From assembly GCA_963719225.1 (NCBI GenBank), contig CAVRAY010000001.1:992001-1056000 (forward strand): DNA of 64,000 nucleotides, in the 5' to 3' direction. Each line of letters begins with the position of its first letter. Positions within the stretch are counted from its first letter, which is position 1. Of this stretch, positions 50,388-61,958 are shown piece by piece. The stretch comes from Thermoanaerobaculia bacterium (GTDB lineage: Bacteria; Acidobacteriota; Thermoanaerobaculia; UBA5066). Below the pieces are notes generated by a model. It did no database searches, had not been told where the DNA came from, and was given only the letters and a program-made list of their open reading frames with translations. A program made the position numbers and the translations under genes.

Positions 50388-51806
50388 ATGACGGAACCGG
50401 AACAGCCGCCGCCGAGGCTCGTCGACGAGACGCGCTGGTACACGGAGCACACGGCGCTTCTGATCAGCACCCTGAAATGGACGATCCTCGGCGCGACGGC
50501 AGGTCTCTGCGTCGGGTTCGGCACGCGCGCATTCCTGTGGGCGCTCGGGGCGTCCGGGACCTGGGTGAGGCGTCTGACGCCGGGCGGAATCCACCCGGTC
50601 TGGCTCCTCCCGCTCGCGCTCCCCGTCTGCGTCCTCCTGATCCGGACGTTCGCTCCGACGGCGCGCGGCCACGGCACCGAGGCCGTCATCGCCGCGGTCC
50701 ACCGGGACTCGGGCCGCGTCTCGTGGAAGGTGGCTCCGATCAAGCTCCTCGCGACCGTCGTGACGCTCGCGTTCGGCGGTTCGGTCGGCAAGGAGGGCCC
50801 CTGCGCGCAGATCGGCGCTTCGATCACGAGCCTGTTCGCGGACATCCTGAGACTGAAGGACGAGGACCGGCGGCGCCTCGTGATCTGCGGAATCGCCGCC
50901 GGCTTCGCCGCCGTCTTCGGGACGCCGATCTCGGGCGCTCTCTTCGGCATCGAGGTCCTCTACCTCGGGCGGATCGAGTACGCGGTCCTGTTCCCGTGTC
51001 TCGTGTCCGGCATCGTCGCGCACCTCGTCTGCGGGGTACAGGCGCCCGTGCCGGATCTCCTCGGAGGGATCGGCGCGCTCGGGCACTCCGAGCTAGTCGG
51101 GCTCTCGATCGCCTTCGGGGCGGTCTTCGGCCTCGTCGCGCTCCTGCTGATCGAGACGATGCGGGGGATCGAGCACGGGCTGCGCCGCTTCGAGCACCAT
51201 CCGTACCTCGTCGCCGCCGGAGGCGGCGTCTTCCTGGCGGCGTTCTACTCCCTCGTCGGGGACTCGTACGCGGGGCTCGGCGTCGCAACGATCGACAGCG
51301 CCCTCGCCGCGACGGGCAGAGTCGCGATCCTGGCCTTCCTCTGGAAGATCGTCGCGACGGCGGTCACGCTCGAGTCCGGCGGCAGCGGAGGAATCGTGAC
51401 GCCGCTCTTTTTCATCGGGGCCACGAGCGGGGCGGCTCTCGCGCGGCTCCTGCACCTCCCGACAGGCCTCTTCGCGGCGTTCGGCTTCGTGAGCGTCGTC
51501 GCAGGGGCGGCGAATACGCCGATCGCGGCCGCCGTCATGGGCATCGAGCTCCTGCCGCGGGAGGTGGGCGTCTACGCGGCGCTGGCCGCGGGAACGGCGT
51601 TCCTCCTCGTCGGACACCGCAGCGTCTACGCGAGCCAGAAGATCGGGCTGTCGAAGTCCGCGGGCCTCGACGTGCGCATGGACGTCGCGATCGGCGACCT
51701 CACGCGCTCGGGAATGCAGATCCGGCCGGGAAGCCTCGTGGACAGGGTCCACCAGATCCGGAGCCGCCCCGCTCCGCGCACGAAGGACGAGCCGCGGGAC
51801 CCGTGA
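50388..51806 (+). CDS. ClC family chloride channel/antiporter
   Basis: GHGTE, GSVGKEGP, FGTP, GGIVTP and ANTP motifs. Confidence 0.92.
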   Translation: MTEPEQPPPRLVDETRWYTEHTALLISTLKWTILGATAGLCVGFGTRAFLWALGASGTWVRRLTPGGIHPVWLLPLALPVCVLLIRTFAPTARGHGTEAVIAAVHRDSGRVSWKVAPIKLLATVVTLAFGGSVGKEGPCAQIGASITSLFADILRLKDEDRRRLVICGIAAGFAAVFGTPISGALFGIEVLYLGRIEYAVLFPCLVSGIVAHLVCGVQAPVPDLLGGIGALGHSELVGLSIAFGAVFGLVALLLIETMRGIEHGLRRFEHHPYLVAAGGGVFLAAFYSLVGDSYAGLGVATIDSALAATGRVAILAFLWKIVATAVTLESGGSGGIVTPLFFIGATSGAALARLLHLPTGLFAAFGFVSVVAGAANTPIAAAVMGIELLPREVGVYAALAAGTAFLLVGHRSVYASQKIGLSKSAGLDVRMDVAIGDLTRSGMQIRPGSLVDRVHQIRSRPAPRTKDEPRDP

Positions 51807-51816
51807 CCCGGACGAG

Positions 51817-54207
51817 TCACCCCTCCGGGACCGCTGATGCGAGCGGGAGGAACTGGAGCCGGTAGAGGACTTGCAGGTACCGCTTCGTCTCCTCGCGCTG
51901 TAGATCGGTCACGAACTTCCAGAAGCCGTAGATCCGCGAGAGGGTCATCACGCGCTCCGCGTAGCTCGTCCACGTGTAACGGGCCGCCACGCGCGCGAGC
52001 GCCTGGCGTGAGATCCGCTCCCACCTCCCGGGATCCGTCGCGCAGCGCTCGAGGAAGTCCGCGATCACCGCCGCGGCGCGGTCGCCGGCATTCGGGTCGA
52101 TGTGGAACCCCGAGCGGCCGTTCTGGATGATCTCCGACGGGCCGCCATGGCGCGTCGCGAACGTCGGCAGGCCGGACGCCATCGCCTCGACGACCGTGAG
52201 GCCGAAGGCTTCGAAGAGCGCCGGCTGGACGAAGACGCCGTGCCGGTCCGCGACCCAGCGGTAGAGCTCGCCGGCGAGGTTACGTTCGAGGCGCATTCCG
52301 AGCCACCGGACGCAGCCATCGAGGCCGTGTTCGTCGAAGAGAGCGTGCATCCTCTCGATCTGGGCCCGCTCCTCGTGGTCGGCTGACGCAGCGGGGTCGA
52401 GGCTCCCGCCGACGACGAGGAGGTTCGCGATCCGCCTCAGGGACTCCGAACGGGCATACCACTCCACGAGCCCGGCGAGGTTTTTGACGCGGTCGAGCCG
52501 CGCCATCGTGAAGACGATGGGCTTGCCCTTGTCCGCGAGGCGGCCCCGGGTGGACGGAAGCGGCTCGTCGCCGAGGACGAGCGCCTCGATCCGCGGCGCC
52601 AGGCTCGTGAGGCGCCGCGGGGCGTCCGTGAACGGGAAGTAGACGTCGGAGTCCGCTCCGGGCGACACGATGTTGAACTTCGGGTCGAACACGTCGATCC
52701 CGTTCACGACGCGGAAGAGGCCGGGCATCGTGAACGACTGATAGCTCTCGTACTGGCCGACGCTCTCCTCGGTCCCCGCGATCTCCTGATACGTGCTCGT
52801 GATGATGAAGTCCGCGGCGTTCATCGTGATGAGGTCCGCCGTGTACTGGCACGAGAAGTGGTACTGCGGCTCGAGCTCCTTCCAGTGCATGGCCGAGAGG
52901 AGGTACTTCGTCTTTTCGAGGGCGTGGGCCACGTGGCACTGCGTCACGCCGAGCCTCTTCGAGACGAGGGTCGCGACGAGGCCGCCGTCGGAATAGTTGC
53001 CGATCACGAGGTCGGGCCGCCCGCCGAGCTCCGACGGGGCCTCGCGCTCGACCTCGCGCGCGAACCGTTCGAGATAGGGCCAGAGCTGGAAGCGCGAGAT
53101 CCAGTGCGGGAGGATCTCCCCGCTGGGCTTGCGGAAAGGGATGCGCAGGATGTGCGTCGACTGACACCCCGCGACGCGCTCGAGGCGCTGCCCGCACGTC
53201 GTTCCGGGGGAATCCGGGATGAGCCGGGTCGCGATGAGGATGCGCGGCTCGACGGCGACGCCCTGGCCCGAGAGCCGGGCGCGCATCTCCTTCTCGAGCG
53301 CGCGCACCTGGTCGAGGATGTAGACGACCTGCCCGCCCGTGTCCGGCAGGCCCAGGACCCCGTCCTGGCCGAAGAAGCCGTGCGGCGAGACGACGAGGAC
53401 GCGGGAGATCATCGGAATCCGGGCGAGGAACGTCTCCAGGGCCGCGGGGGAGGGCGCCTCGAAAAGATCGGCGAGGACGCCCATCGTCTCCACGGCGCGG
53501 GCGGCCGTGTCGCCCCAGCCCGGCGCGAAGCCCAGCCGCCCGAGCATGGCCTCGAACGCGGCCCAGGGCGTGTCCTCGGGCAGGGCCTCGACCGCGACGA
53601 TCGCCCGCCGGAGCGTCGCGCGCAGCGCCGCCGTCGTCGGAAACCGGTGCTGAAGGAGCATCTGCTGCCCGTCGATCGCGTGGAGCCCGAGGAATCCATG
53701 GAGCGCCGTGCTGCCCTGCTCCGGATTGGCGAACATCCGGCTCGCGAGCTGCCGGTTGAGGAACGAGAGACCCTGTCCCACGGAGCGCGGCTCCGTGAGC
53801 TTCGGGAATTCCCGGTTGAACGGGCCGAAGTCGATCTCGAGGATCCCGTTCTCGCCGGTCCCCGGGGCGACGAGGGACTCCTTGAACGCGAGAAAGTCCG
53901 CGACCGGAACCTCCTCCGGAACGAGCCGCTCGCGGTGGATACGCGCGAAACGCCAGCGGCCGAGGGACACGCGCAGCGAGAAGTAGAACCACGGGTCGCG
54001 GATCTCCGCCTCCTGCGCGGCGCGCGCGAAATCCGCGAGCGGCGTCGTATCGAGATCGACCTTGTCGTACGTCCGCCGGACGTCCTCGAAGCCCTCCAGC
54101 AGGTCGGTGTGCAGGAGGCTCGACCGGCCGCCGGCCGCGTAGCGCTCGAGGAGCAGGAGGAGCGGCTCGCGCCGCTCGGCCGCATACGCCGTCAGCTCGT
54201 CGATCAC
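51817..54207 (-). CDS. sus: Sucrose synthase
   Basis: [46 protein letters not shown] and EAFGLT motifs, 796 aa. Confidence 0.96.
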   Translation of the reverse strand: MIDELTAYAAERREPLLLLLERYAAGGRSSLLHTDLLEGFEDVRRTYDKVDLDTTPLADFARAAQEAEIRDPWFYFSLRVSLGRWRFARIHRERLVPEEVPVADFLAFKESLVAPGTGENGILEIDFGPFNREFPKLTEPRSVGQGLSFLNRQLASRMFANPEQGSTALHGFLGLHAIDGQQMLLQHRFPTTAALRATLRRAIVAVEALPEDTPWAAFEAMLGRLGFAPGWGDTAARAVETMGVLADLFEAPSPAALETFLARIPMISRVLVVSPHGFFGQDGVLGLPDTGGQVVYILDQVRALEKEMRARLSGQGVAVEPRILIATRLIPDSPGTTCGQRLERVAGCQSTHILRIPFRKPSGEILPHWISRFQLWPYLERFAREVEREAPSELGGRPDLVIGNYSDGGLVATLVSKRLGVTQCHVAHALEKTKYLLSAMHWKELEPQYHFSCQYTADLITMNAADFIITSTYQEIAGTEESVGQYESYQSFTMPGLFRVVNGIDVFDPKFNIVSPGADSDVYFPFTDAPRRLTSLAPRIEALVLGDEPLPSTRGRLADKGKPIVFTMARLDRVKNLAGLVEWYARSESLRRIANLLVVGGSLDPAASADHEERAQIERMHALFDEHGLDGCVRWLGMRLERNLAGELYRWVADRHGVFVQPALFEAFGLTVVEAMASGLPTFATRHGGPSEIIQNGRSGFHIDPNAGDRAAAVIADFLERCATDPGRWERISRQALARVAARYTWTSYAERVMTLSRIYGFWKFVTDLQREETKRYLQVLYRLQFLPLASAVPEG

Positions 54208-56372
54208 GGCCTGACCTCCTCGGCGACGGGAGAGGCGAACCGGTAGTGTCGGATTCCCTCCACGATTCCGCCGGCGAAGCCTTCGCGCGCGAAGTAGACG
54301 CGGTCGAGGCCCTCGAGGACGTTCAGCTCGGGCTTGTGGTTCCCGACGACGACTCCGAGCGTGTCGCCGAGGAGCATCTCGACGTCATTGCCGGAGTCGC
54401 CGGCGACGAGGAACCGCTCGAGGGGCAGTCCGAGCCGGTACGCGAGGTGCCGGATCGCGAGGCCCTTCGAGGCACGCACGGGCAGGACGTCGAGGAACCG
54501 GTCCTGGGAGCGGATGAGGCGCGCGTGGAGAGAACGCGCGCGCAGGTGGGTCTGGAGGCGCTCGAGCGGCCAGATCCGCGCGGGGTCGATGTCGTAGCTC
54601 AGCTTGAACTGGCCCTGTTTCACGGCCGGCTGCGGCTTCAGGCCCGGTAGCCCCTCGAGCGCCTCGGCCAGGCTCGCCCGCCTCCAGTGGGGGCGGATGT
54701 GACGTTCCCACGCGAGGTCGCGCACGAGCGCGGGCCCGTAGTGGATCTCGGTACCCACGGACGTCACGAGGAGGTCCGGAAGCGGAACGTCCCACTCCCC
54801 GAGAATCGCGCGCGCCATCCCGAGAGTCCTGCCCGTCGCGATTCCGAAGGCGACGCGAGGCGCCTCCTCTTCGAGCCAGCGGAGCAGCTCGCGGAGGCCC
54901 TCCCGCTCGCCGAGGAGCGTGTCGTCGACGTCGGTCACGAGCACGTATTCGGCCTCGCGCAGGCCCGGCGGAAGAGTCGCACCGCGCATGGACGTGACGT
55001 GCCGGCGCAGGCGCTTGCGCTCGCGGTGGAGGATTCGCCGGACGGCCTTCGCGTAGCGGTCGACGTGCGCGGGCCAGCCGTAGTGATCGCGCACCCCCTT
55101 CGGTCCGTTCCGCGACCACTGCCGCCAGCGCCGGCCGTCCGACAGCGCGTCCTTCAGCGACGCCGCGATCGCCTTGGGGTCGAGGGGGTCGAAGAGCAGT
55201 CCGTTGCGGCAGTTCGCGACGATGTCGCGCGGACCGCCGTCGTGCGTCGCGGCGACCGGAAGGCCGCTCGCGGCGGCTTCGATGAGCGTGAGGCCAAACG
55301 GCTCGTTGAGAGCGGGATTCACGAAAACGCCCCGCCGGGCCGTGGCAAGGCGGTAGAGGCCGGGGACGTCCTCGGGCCGGTGGCGCTTCGGAATCGCGAC
55401 CTTTCCATACAGGTCGTACTTGTCGATCAGGTACAGGAGCTCGGAGTGAACCATGCGCTCCTCGGGTTCGGCGACCCGGAGGTCGTCGCGGTTTCCGGCG
55501 ACGAGGACGAGGTTCGCGCGCTCGCGGAGGTCCGGGTCCGTGCCGTACGCCTCGAGGAGCAACGCGAGGTTCTTCTTCGGCGCGGGACGGCAGAGGGCGA
55601 GGATCATCGGCAACCCGGGTTCGCGGAGAAACCGGTCGATCCACTCGGCGCTGGCGGGCTCTCCGGGGCCGGGCGGCGAGAAGCGCGATGTGTCGACCCC
55701 GGGCGGGATCACGACGGCGCGTCGAGGCCGGAAGTTCTCGTACGTGCCCCACTGCCTCTCGAGCTCCTCGTGCGTCGACGCGACGACGAGGGACGCCTGC
55801 CCGAGAGTGTCCTCCTCGGCGGCGATGCGGCGCCGGAAGTTGAACTGCCGCTCGATCGCCTCTTCCCGGCGGCCCGCCTCCAGGAGCCGGCGCTTCTTCA
55901 CGCGCCCGAGCGAGTGCCCCGTGTGCACGAGCGGAATCCCGAGGATGCGCGAGAGCTGTGTGCCGACGTATCCGGCGTCCGCATAGTGGCTGTGCAGGAC
56001 GTGGGGGAGGCCGACGGACTCTCCGAGGAGCGTCAGGCAGCGGTCGACGAGGTGGTCGAGGTCGCCCCAGAGGTGCACCTTGCGCACGTACCGCCGAGGG
56101 CCGAACGGCACGCGGAGGATCCGCGCGCGCCCTCCGAGCTCCTCGACCGGACATGCGTAGTCGGACGAGACGCGCGGGTCCTCGACGAGACGGGTCAGAA
56201 GGTCGACGCGCTCGACGGCGGGGCTTCGGCCGAGAGCGCGCGCAAGCTCGACCACGTACGTGACCTGGCCGCCGGTGTCCGCGTCGCGCCCGAGCTCGAG
56301 GTCGTGGCCGCGCACCAGCCCGTGTAGGCTCAGCATGAGCACTCGCAGGGGGCGGTCGTCGCGCTCGATCAC
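54204..56372 (-). CDS. sps: Sucrose-phosphate synthase with C-terminal HAD (SPP-like) domain
   Basis: [32 protein letters not shown] and EPFGLT. HAD motifs TDVDDTL and GDSGND. Confidence 0.93.
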   Translation of the reverse strand: MIERDDRPLRVLMLSLHGLVRGHDLELGRDADTGGQVTYVVELARALGRSPAVERVDLLTRLVEDPRVSSDYACPVEELGGRARILRVPFGPRRYVRKVHLWGDLDHLVDRCLTLLGESVGLPHVLHSHYADAGYVGTQLSRILGIPLVHTGHSLGRVKKRRLLEAGRREEAIERQFNFRRRIAAEEDTLGQASLVVASTHEELERQWGTYENFRPRRAVVIPPGVDTSRFSPPGPGEPASAEWIDRFLREPGLPMILALCRPAPKKNLALLLEAYGTDPDLRERANLVLVAGNRDDLRVAEPEERMVHSELLYLIDKYDLYGKVAIPKRHRPEDVPGLYRLATARRGVFVNPALNEPFGLTLIEAAASGLPVAATHDGGPRDIVANCRNGLLFDPLDPKAIAASLKDALSDGRRWRQWSRNGPKGVRDHYGWPAHVDRYAKAVRRILHRERKRLRRHVTSMRGATLPPGLREAEYVLVTDVDDTLLGEREGLRELLRWLEEEAPRVAFGIATGRTLGMARAILGEWDVPLPDLLVTSVGTEIHYGPALVRDLAWERHIRPHWRRASLAEALEGLPGLKPQPAVKQGQFKLSYDIDPARIWPLERLQTHLRARSLHARLIRSQDRFLDVLPVRASKGLAIRHLAYRLGLPLERFLVAGDSGNDVEMLLGDTLGVVVGNHKPELNVLEGLDRVYFAREGFAGGIVEGIRHYRFASPVAEEVRP

Positions 56373-57310
56373 GCGAGTCCCCACCGCCGGTGGAACGGCT
56401 CGTAGAACGCGTCCGATGCCGGGAGCGCTCCCCGTACCGTGCACATGGCCGCGCCGAGCCGGTTCGCGCGGTCGAGCGTCGTGGCGGCCGGCCAACCGAG
56501 AAGAAGGCCGGCGAGAAAGGCCGCCGAGAACGCGTCGCCGGCGCCCACGGAATCCTCGGCCGGTCCGGGCAGCGGACGGCCCGGCGCGGCTTGCGCCGTC
56601 ACCGCGCGTCCCCGGCGTGCGAAGAGGACCGCTCCTGACGCGCCGCGTGTCACGACGAGCCTCGAGCACGGGAAAGCCGCGAAGAGGGCCTCGGCGCGCC
56701 CGCGCGTGCCGCGCCCGCGCAGGTGCAGCGCGGCCGCCAGAGTCAGGAGCTCCTCCTCGTTCGCCTTCACGGTCGTGGCGGCCTCGAGCGACCGCGCGAG
56801 CGTCTCGGCGTCCCACCAGGGAGCCCGCAGGTTGACGTCGAGGAACGTGGCGGCCTCCCGGCGGGCGAGGAGCGCCGCGAGGGCGGCGCGGGACGAAGCG
56901 GCGCGCTGCGCGAGGGTGCCGAAATAGAGCAGGCCGGGACGGGCGCGGACGAACGCGGTGCGTGCGGCCCTCGCGTCGATCGCGTCGAACGCCTGCCGGG
57001 CGGGGATCTCGAACGACGGGCCTTCGGCGCCCTGGCGGACGCGGACGCGTGCCGTGTGCCGCCGCGGGTCGACCTGGACGCCCGACCGAGGGAGACCGCA
57101 TGCACGGATCGCGCGCAGAATCTCGCGTCCGCCGGCGTCCGCGCCGACGCGCGTCAGGAGGCGGGCCTCGAACCCGAGCCTGCCAAGGTGGCAGGCGACG
57201 TTGAACGGCGCTCCGCCGGGCGTCGTTCCGGAGGGCGCGGCGTCCAGGACGGCCTCGCCGAACAGGACGATGGGCGGCGCGGCGGGGCGGCGGGCGTGGT
57301 CAGCCGGCAA
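56369..57310 (-). CDS. PfkB family sugar kinase (fructokinase-like)
   Basis: FGEAVLD, PGGAPFNVA, DVNLR and DSVGAGDAF motifs. Start approximate (TTG). Confidence 0.9.
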   Translation of the reverse strand: MPADHARRPAAPPIVLFGEAVLDAAPSGTTPGGAPFNVACHLGRLGFEARLLTRVGADAGGREILRAIRACGLPRSGVQVDPRRHTARVRVRQGAEGPSFEIPARQAFDAIDARAARTAFVRARPGLLYFGTLAQRAASSRAALAALLARREAATFLDVNLRAPWWDAETLARSLEAATTVKANEEELLTLAAALHLRGRGTRGRAEALFAAFPCSRLVVTRGASGAVLFARRGRAVTAQAAPGRPLPGPAEDSVGAGDAFSAAFLAGLLLGWPAATTLDRANRLGAAMCTVRGALPASDAFYEPFHRRWGLA

Positions 57311-57437
57311 GCGCCGCGACCACGCCCGCGACGGCGGCAAGCAGCGCGAAAAGGAAAGGCCAGATCCGGCGCTTCGAACGCGACACGATCGCGAGAAAAT
57401 CGGGTTCGAGAACGGGATTCGGGGAATTGATTGGCAC
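57300..57437 (-). CDS. Small (45 aa) C-terminally anchored membrane peptide
   Basis: AAGGAGG RBS 6 nt before GTG. MPINSPNPVLEPDFLAIVSRSKRRIWPFLFALLAAVAGVVAALAG*, with the stop overlapping the kinase 5' end. Confidence 0.55.
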   Translation of the reverse strand: MPINSPNPVLEPDFLAIVSRSKRRIWPFLFALLAAVAGVVAALAG

Positions 57438-57490
57438 GATGAGCCTCCTTTCCGGCGGTGAATCCGACCCGTTCGCATTATAGGACGACG

Positions 57491-57510
57491 TTCGTTTGAC
57501 GTCAAACGAA
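57491..57510. promoter_or_regulatory. Perfect 20-bp palindromic operator
   Basis: TTCGTTTGACGTCAAACGAA in the divergent region between the sucrose operon and the antiporter. Confidence 0.75.
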
Positions 57511-57723
57511 TCCGGGGAGAAAACCGCCCTCTCGAATGGCGTAGGACGCGGACGAACGCCACGGCACCGCCCGATCGGGTCTCGTTCGCGGCCCGCGCGG
57601 ATGGCCCGACGGGGGCCGCGTGAACGTCCCGGAGGAGCGCGTCCACTGGTTCTCCGCGGTGAGCGGAAAGAGGGTCGAGCCGGGCGGAGGGCCGTCCGCC
57701 GCGCTGTAGACTTGTCTCCTCGC

Positions 57724-58956
57724 ATGGAATCCGCTTTCGTGGTCGCGCTGCTCGGCGGGCTCCTCGTCCTCTCGTATTTCGCGGACGTGCTCTTCGAGAC
57801 CACCCGCATTCCAGCCGTCGTCCTCCTCATCCTGTCCGGCGTGGTTCTAGGGCCCGTGCTCCGGATCGCTCCCGGGACCGAATTCGAGAAGGCGGCTCCC
57901 TACTTCGGCGCCGTCGCTCTCGTCGTGATCCTGTTCGAGGGCGGACTCGGCCTCGACCTCGAGGAGTCCGCGCGCGGCCTCCTGGCGGCCACCGCTCTCG
58001 CCGCCGTCTCGTTCTTCCTGACCGCCGTGACGCTGACGCTGTTTGCCCACGCCCTCCTCGGGCTCCCGTGGCCATCCTCGTTCGCGCTCGGCTCGCTGCT
58101 CGGCGTGCCGTCGAGCGCAGTCGTCTTCCCGATCGCCGGAAAACTCGGGCTGCGCTCGGATCTTCGAACCCTCGTCGTCCTCGAAGCGGCCCTTGCGGAC
58201 GTGCTCGGAATCCTCGGCGCGGAGGTCGCGATCGAGGCCGCGAGCGGCGGCTCCGTCACGGGCCTGGCTCTCCGCCGCCTTTTCCTCGGCTTCGCGATCG
58301 GCGCCGTCGTGGCCCTGATCGTGGGTCTCGTCTGGAGCCGCCTCCTCCGTGGCCTCAAGACGATGGAGGGGCACGGCTACGGCGAGGTCCTCACGTTCGG
58401 CGTCGTTCTCCTCCTGGACGGCGCCGTGCATTCCCTGGGCGGCGCTTCGGCCATCGCAGTCGTCGCCTTCGGCCTCGTCCTCTCGAACGAGCCCGTCATC
58501 ATGGCCCGCCTGTTGCACCGGCCGCTCTCGGGCGAGGACGAGGCGCTCTTCGGCGAGCTTCGCGTCGGCGTGCATCGATTCGCGAACCAGCTCACGTTCC
58601 TCGTGAGAACTTTCTTCTTCGTGTTCCTCGGAATGGTCGTGAGGTGGACGGGGCTCACGTTCGAGTCGGCGCTCACCGCGGCTCTTTTCGTGGGCATCGT
58701 GTTCCTCGGGCGCCGCGCCGCGGTCGTCCTCATGAACCGGGCGGGCCTTCTCTCCGTGGGCCAGGAGGAGGGCCGGGCGTTGTCCGCTCTGATGCCGCGC
58801 GGGCTCGTCACGGCCGTGCTCGCGTTCGGCGCCGTCGAAGCGGGCCTCGCGGGCGCGGAAAGCTTTCCGCTTTACGCGTTCGTGCTCCTCGCCGCCACGA
58901 ACCTCCTGATGGTCGTGGGCCTGCACGGCGCCCGGCCGCAAACCGCGAGGCCCTGA
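57724..58956 (+). CDS. Cation:proton antiporter (NhaP/CPA1-like)
   Basis: ILFEGG, LEAALAD, FFFVFLG and MPRGL motifs, about 12 TM helices. Confidence 0.9.
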   Translation: MESAFVVALLGGLLVLSYFADVLFETTRIPAVVLLILSGVVLGPVLRIAPGTEFEKAAPYFGAVALVVILFEGGLGLDLEESARGLLAATALAAVSFFLTAVTLTLFAHALLGLPWPSSFALGSLLGVPSSAVVFPIAGKLGLRSDLRTLVVLEAALADVLGILGAEVAIEAASGGSVTGLALRRLFLGFAIGAVVALIVGLVWSRLLRGLKTMEGHGYGEVLTFGVVLLLDGAVHSLGGASAIAVVAFGLVLSNEPVIMARLLHRPLSGEDEALFGELRVGVHRFANQLTFLVRTFFFVFLGMVVRWTGLTFESALTAALFVGIVFLGRRAAVVLMNRAGLLSVGQEEGRALSALMPRGLVTAVLAFGAVEAGLAGAESFPLYAFVLLAATNLLMVVGLHGARPQTARP

Positions 58957-58968
58957 CGGGACGTCATT

Positions 58969-60897
58969 ATGTCTTCCGAGCCCCACGCCGTCCCGCCTGC
59001 TCCCGAACCGCGGCCGACCGGCGGCGGAGGGCCGGGGGGTACGGGGCCCGAGAAGACGTATCCGTGGCACCGCGTCCTTTGGCTCACGGGCGTCGATTAC
59101 TTTTCGACGCTCGGCTATCAGCCCGGCATCGCGTCTTCTCGCCGCTGGCGCGCTCGCGCCGTTCGCGACGGGGCTCCTCGTCCTCGTCACGCTCTTCGCC
59201 GCGGTGCCCGTCTATCGCGAGGTGGCGCGGCATTCGTACGTCGGCCAGGGTTCGATCGCGATGCTCGAGAACCGGCTGACGGGCTGGAAGCACAAGCTGT
59301 TCGTCCTCGCGCTCCTCGGCTTCGCGACGACCGACTTCGTCATCACGATGACGCTCTCGGCCGCGGACGCGGCCGAGCACGCCTGCGAGAACCCGTATCT
59401 CTCGCACGCGCTCGAGGGGCACCAGCTGGGGGTCACGCTTGGGCTCCTCGCCGTCCTCGCGGGCGTCTTTCTCCGCGGCTTTCGCGAGGCGATCGGCGTG
59501 GCGATGTTCGTCGGAATCCCCTACATCGTCCTGAACGCCGTCGTCATCGTCCGCGGCTTCGTCGAGATCGCGCACCGGCCCGAGGTGCTCGGGCGCTGGA
59601 CGGAGGCGCTCCACGCGCACGGGGACCCGGCGTCCCTCGCGATCGCGGCCGTGCTCGTCTTTCCCCGGCTCGCTCTCGGCCTCTCCGGGTTCGAGACGGG
59701 CGTCGCCGTGATGCCGCTCGTCGACGGCGGGCCGCCCCGAAGCGACGGGGAGAAAGAAAAGCCGGAAGGAAGGATCGCGGGCACCGGGAAGCTCCTGACG
59801 GGCGCCGCGCTCATCATGAGCGTGCTTCTGCTCTCGTCGAGCCTCGTCGCCGCGGTCCTCGTGCCCGAGACCGCGTACCGCCGGGGAGGCGAGGCGAGCG
59901 GGCGGGCGCTCGCGTGGCTCGCGCACGGCCTCCTCGGCAAAGGCTTCGGGACCCTCTACGACGCTCTCCACGATCGCGATCCTCTGGTTCGCCGGCGCGT
60001 CCGCGATGGCGGGCATCCTGAACCTGATCCCACGTTATCTGCCGCGCTTCGGGATGGCGCCCGCGTGGGTCGCGCGCGCGCGTCCGCTCGTCGTCCTCGT
60101 GTTCGCATTCGACGTCGTCATCACCCTCGTCTTCAAGGCGGACGTGAACGCGCAGGGAGGAGCCTACGCGACCGGCGTTCTCGTCCTGATGCTCTCGGCC
60201 GCCATGGCCGTGACGCTCGTGCTGTGGCGCGAGGCGAGGGCTCGCGCCCTGTATTTCCTTCTCGCGTCGTGCATTTTCGGCTACGTCCTGGAGAAGAACG
60301 TCCGCGACCGGCCGGACGGCGTGATCATCGCCTCGTGCTTCGTCACCTTCGTCGTCCTGACGAGCGTCCTGTCCCGCGGAGCCGGCGCGGCACCGAGCTT
60401 CGCGTCGAGAGCCTCGTCTTCGCCGACGACGAGTCGAAGGTCCTGTTCGATTCGATCCGCGGCGAAGAAGGTCGACCTCGTCCCGATCAAGCACACGGGG
60501 AAAGCGGACCGGTGGGAAAAGCTCCGGAAGTCAAGGAGCGGCACCGGATCGAAGGCCCCTTCGCCTTCCTCCACGTCACCCTGCGCGACGACCGGAGCGA
60601 GTTCGAGGCGAAGCTCGAGATCCAAGTCCGGCGCATCGTGGAGACGGGCAATTACTTCCTTCACGTGACCGGCGCCGTCGCGGTCGCGAACACGATCGCC
60701 TTCATCAGCGAGCAGATCGATCCCCGGACGCTCGATCCTCGGCCTGACGCGCACGAGACCCGATGACGCAGGCCCTGCGCTTCTTCTTCTTCGGCGAAGG
60801 GGAGACGGGCGTCCTCGTCTACCAGATCCTGATCCAGTACTGGGACTCGACTCCGGAGGACGACATCCGCCCGCTCCTCGTACTCGTGAGCGACTGA
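58969..60897 (+). CDS. APC superfamily amino acid/cation transporter (multiple frameshifts)
   Basis: [55 protein letters not shown] and FGEGETG spread over alternating frames. Confidence 0.8.
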
Positions 60898-60903
60898 GGC
60901 GGG

Positions 60904-61806
60904 TCAGGCGGGCCAGCGGCCCGGGTGGAGGCGCGTCACGAGGACGGAGCACGGCGCCCTGCGGACGACATCCTCGGCGACGCTTCCGAGCATCATCCGC
61001 GAGAGCCCGGTGAGGCCGGCGGTCCCGATGACGAGCAACTCCGCGGGCAGCTCCGCGGCGACGCGGAGGATCTCGTCGACGGCCGGTCCTTTCTCGACCC
61101 GGATCTCGCCATCGGCACGATATCGCCGCAGCGCCTCCTCGAGCTGCTCCGCGGCCCATCGCCGAAACTCGTCGATCGCGCCGGGCGGCGGGTCGGAAAA
61201 GACCGGGGGGATCTCGAATCCGTAGCCCAACGTGGAGACGTGAAGGTCGATCACGTGGAGAACGGTCAGGTGCTTGCCGCCGCGCCGCGCCCATTCGGCT
61301 CCGGCGAGAACGGCGGGCAGCGACGGATCCGAGAGGTCCGTTGCGGCCAGCACGTGCCCGCTCGCCGCCGAGGGCCGGGCGACGAGAACCGGGCAGTGGG
61401 CGTACCGGAGAACTCTCTCGGCCGTGTCGCCGATCCACGAGCGCCCCGGGCCGGCGGCAGGCCGGGCTCCGACGACGACGACCTCCGCATTCGCTTCCTC
61501 GGCGCGCCGCACGATCGCCGCGTGAGGCGCGCCCGTGTCGACTTCCGCCCGGAAGTCGCCGCTTCCGCGACCGGTCAGGGCCACGACCCGCCTGGACAGC
61601 TCCTCGCACGCGCGGCTCTCGAGCGCCGCGAGTTCGACGTTCTCGCGGGGATAGAGCTGCGGAAAGAGCGGATGGTGTCGGAGGGGGTTCGGGAGGATGT
61701 GCAGGACGACGAGCGGTGAGCCGATGCCCTCCGCGAGCGCGGAGGCCTGCCGTAAAGCCTCGTCGGAGGCGTCGTCCAGGTCCGTGGCGCAGACGACCGG
61801 TTTCAC
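60904..61806 (-). CDS. Universal stress protein (two Usp domains)
   Basis: ATDL starts in both halves. IGDTAERVLRYAHCPVLV and LGSVAEDVVRRAPCSVLV. Confidence 0.93.
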   Translation of the reverse strand: MKPVVCATDLDDASDEALRQASALAEGIGSPLVVLHILPNPLRHHPLFPQLYPRENVELAALESRACEELSRRVVALTGRGSGDFRAEVDTGAPHAAIVRRAEEANAEVVVVGARPAAGPGRSWIGDTAERVLRYAHCPVLVARPSAASGHVLAATDLSDPSLPAVLAGAEWARRGGKHLTVLHVIDLHVSTLGYGFEIPPVFSDPPPGAIDEFRRWAAEQLEEALRRYRADGEIRVEKGPAVDEILRVAAELPAELLVIGTAGLTGLSRMMLGSVAEDVVRRAPCSVLVTRLHPGRWPA

Positions 61807-61958
61807 GTCGCACCCCCTCGGTCAAGTTAGGCCTCGGATCTGGCGGCGTCAATCGTCGGGATCCGGTCTCGCGCCCTCCCGCGGAACGGCGCGTTCTCCG
61901 GCGTTGACACTGCCAATGCGGCGCCGGTACGCTCGACTGTCCGGTGCGGAGGGATGCG

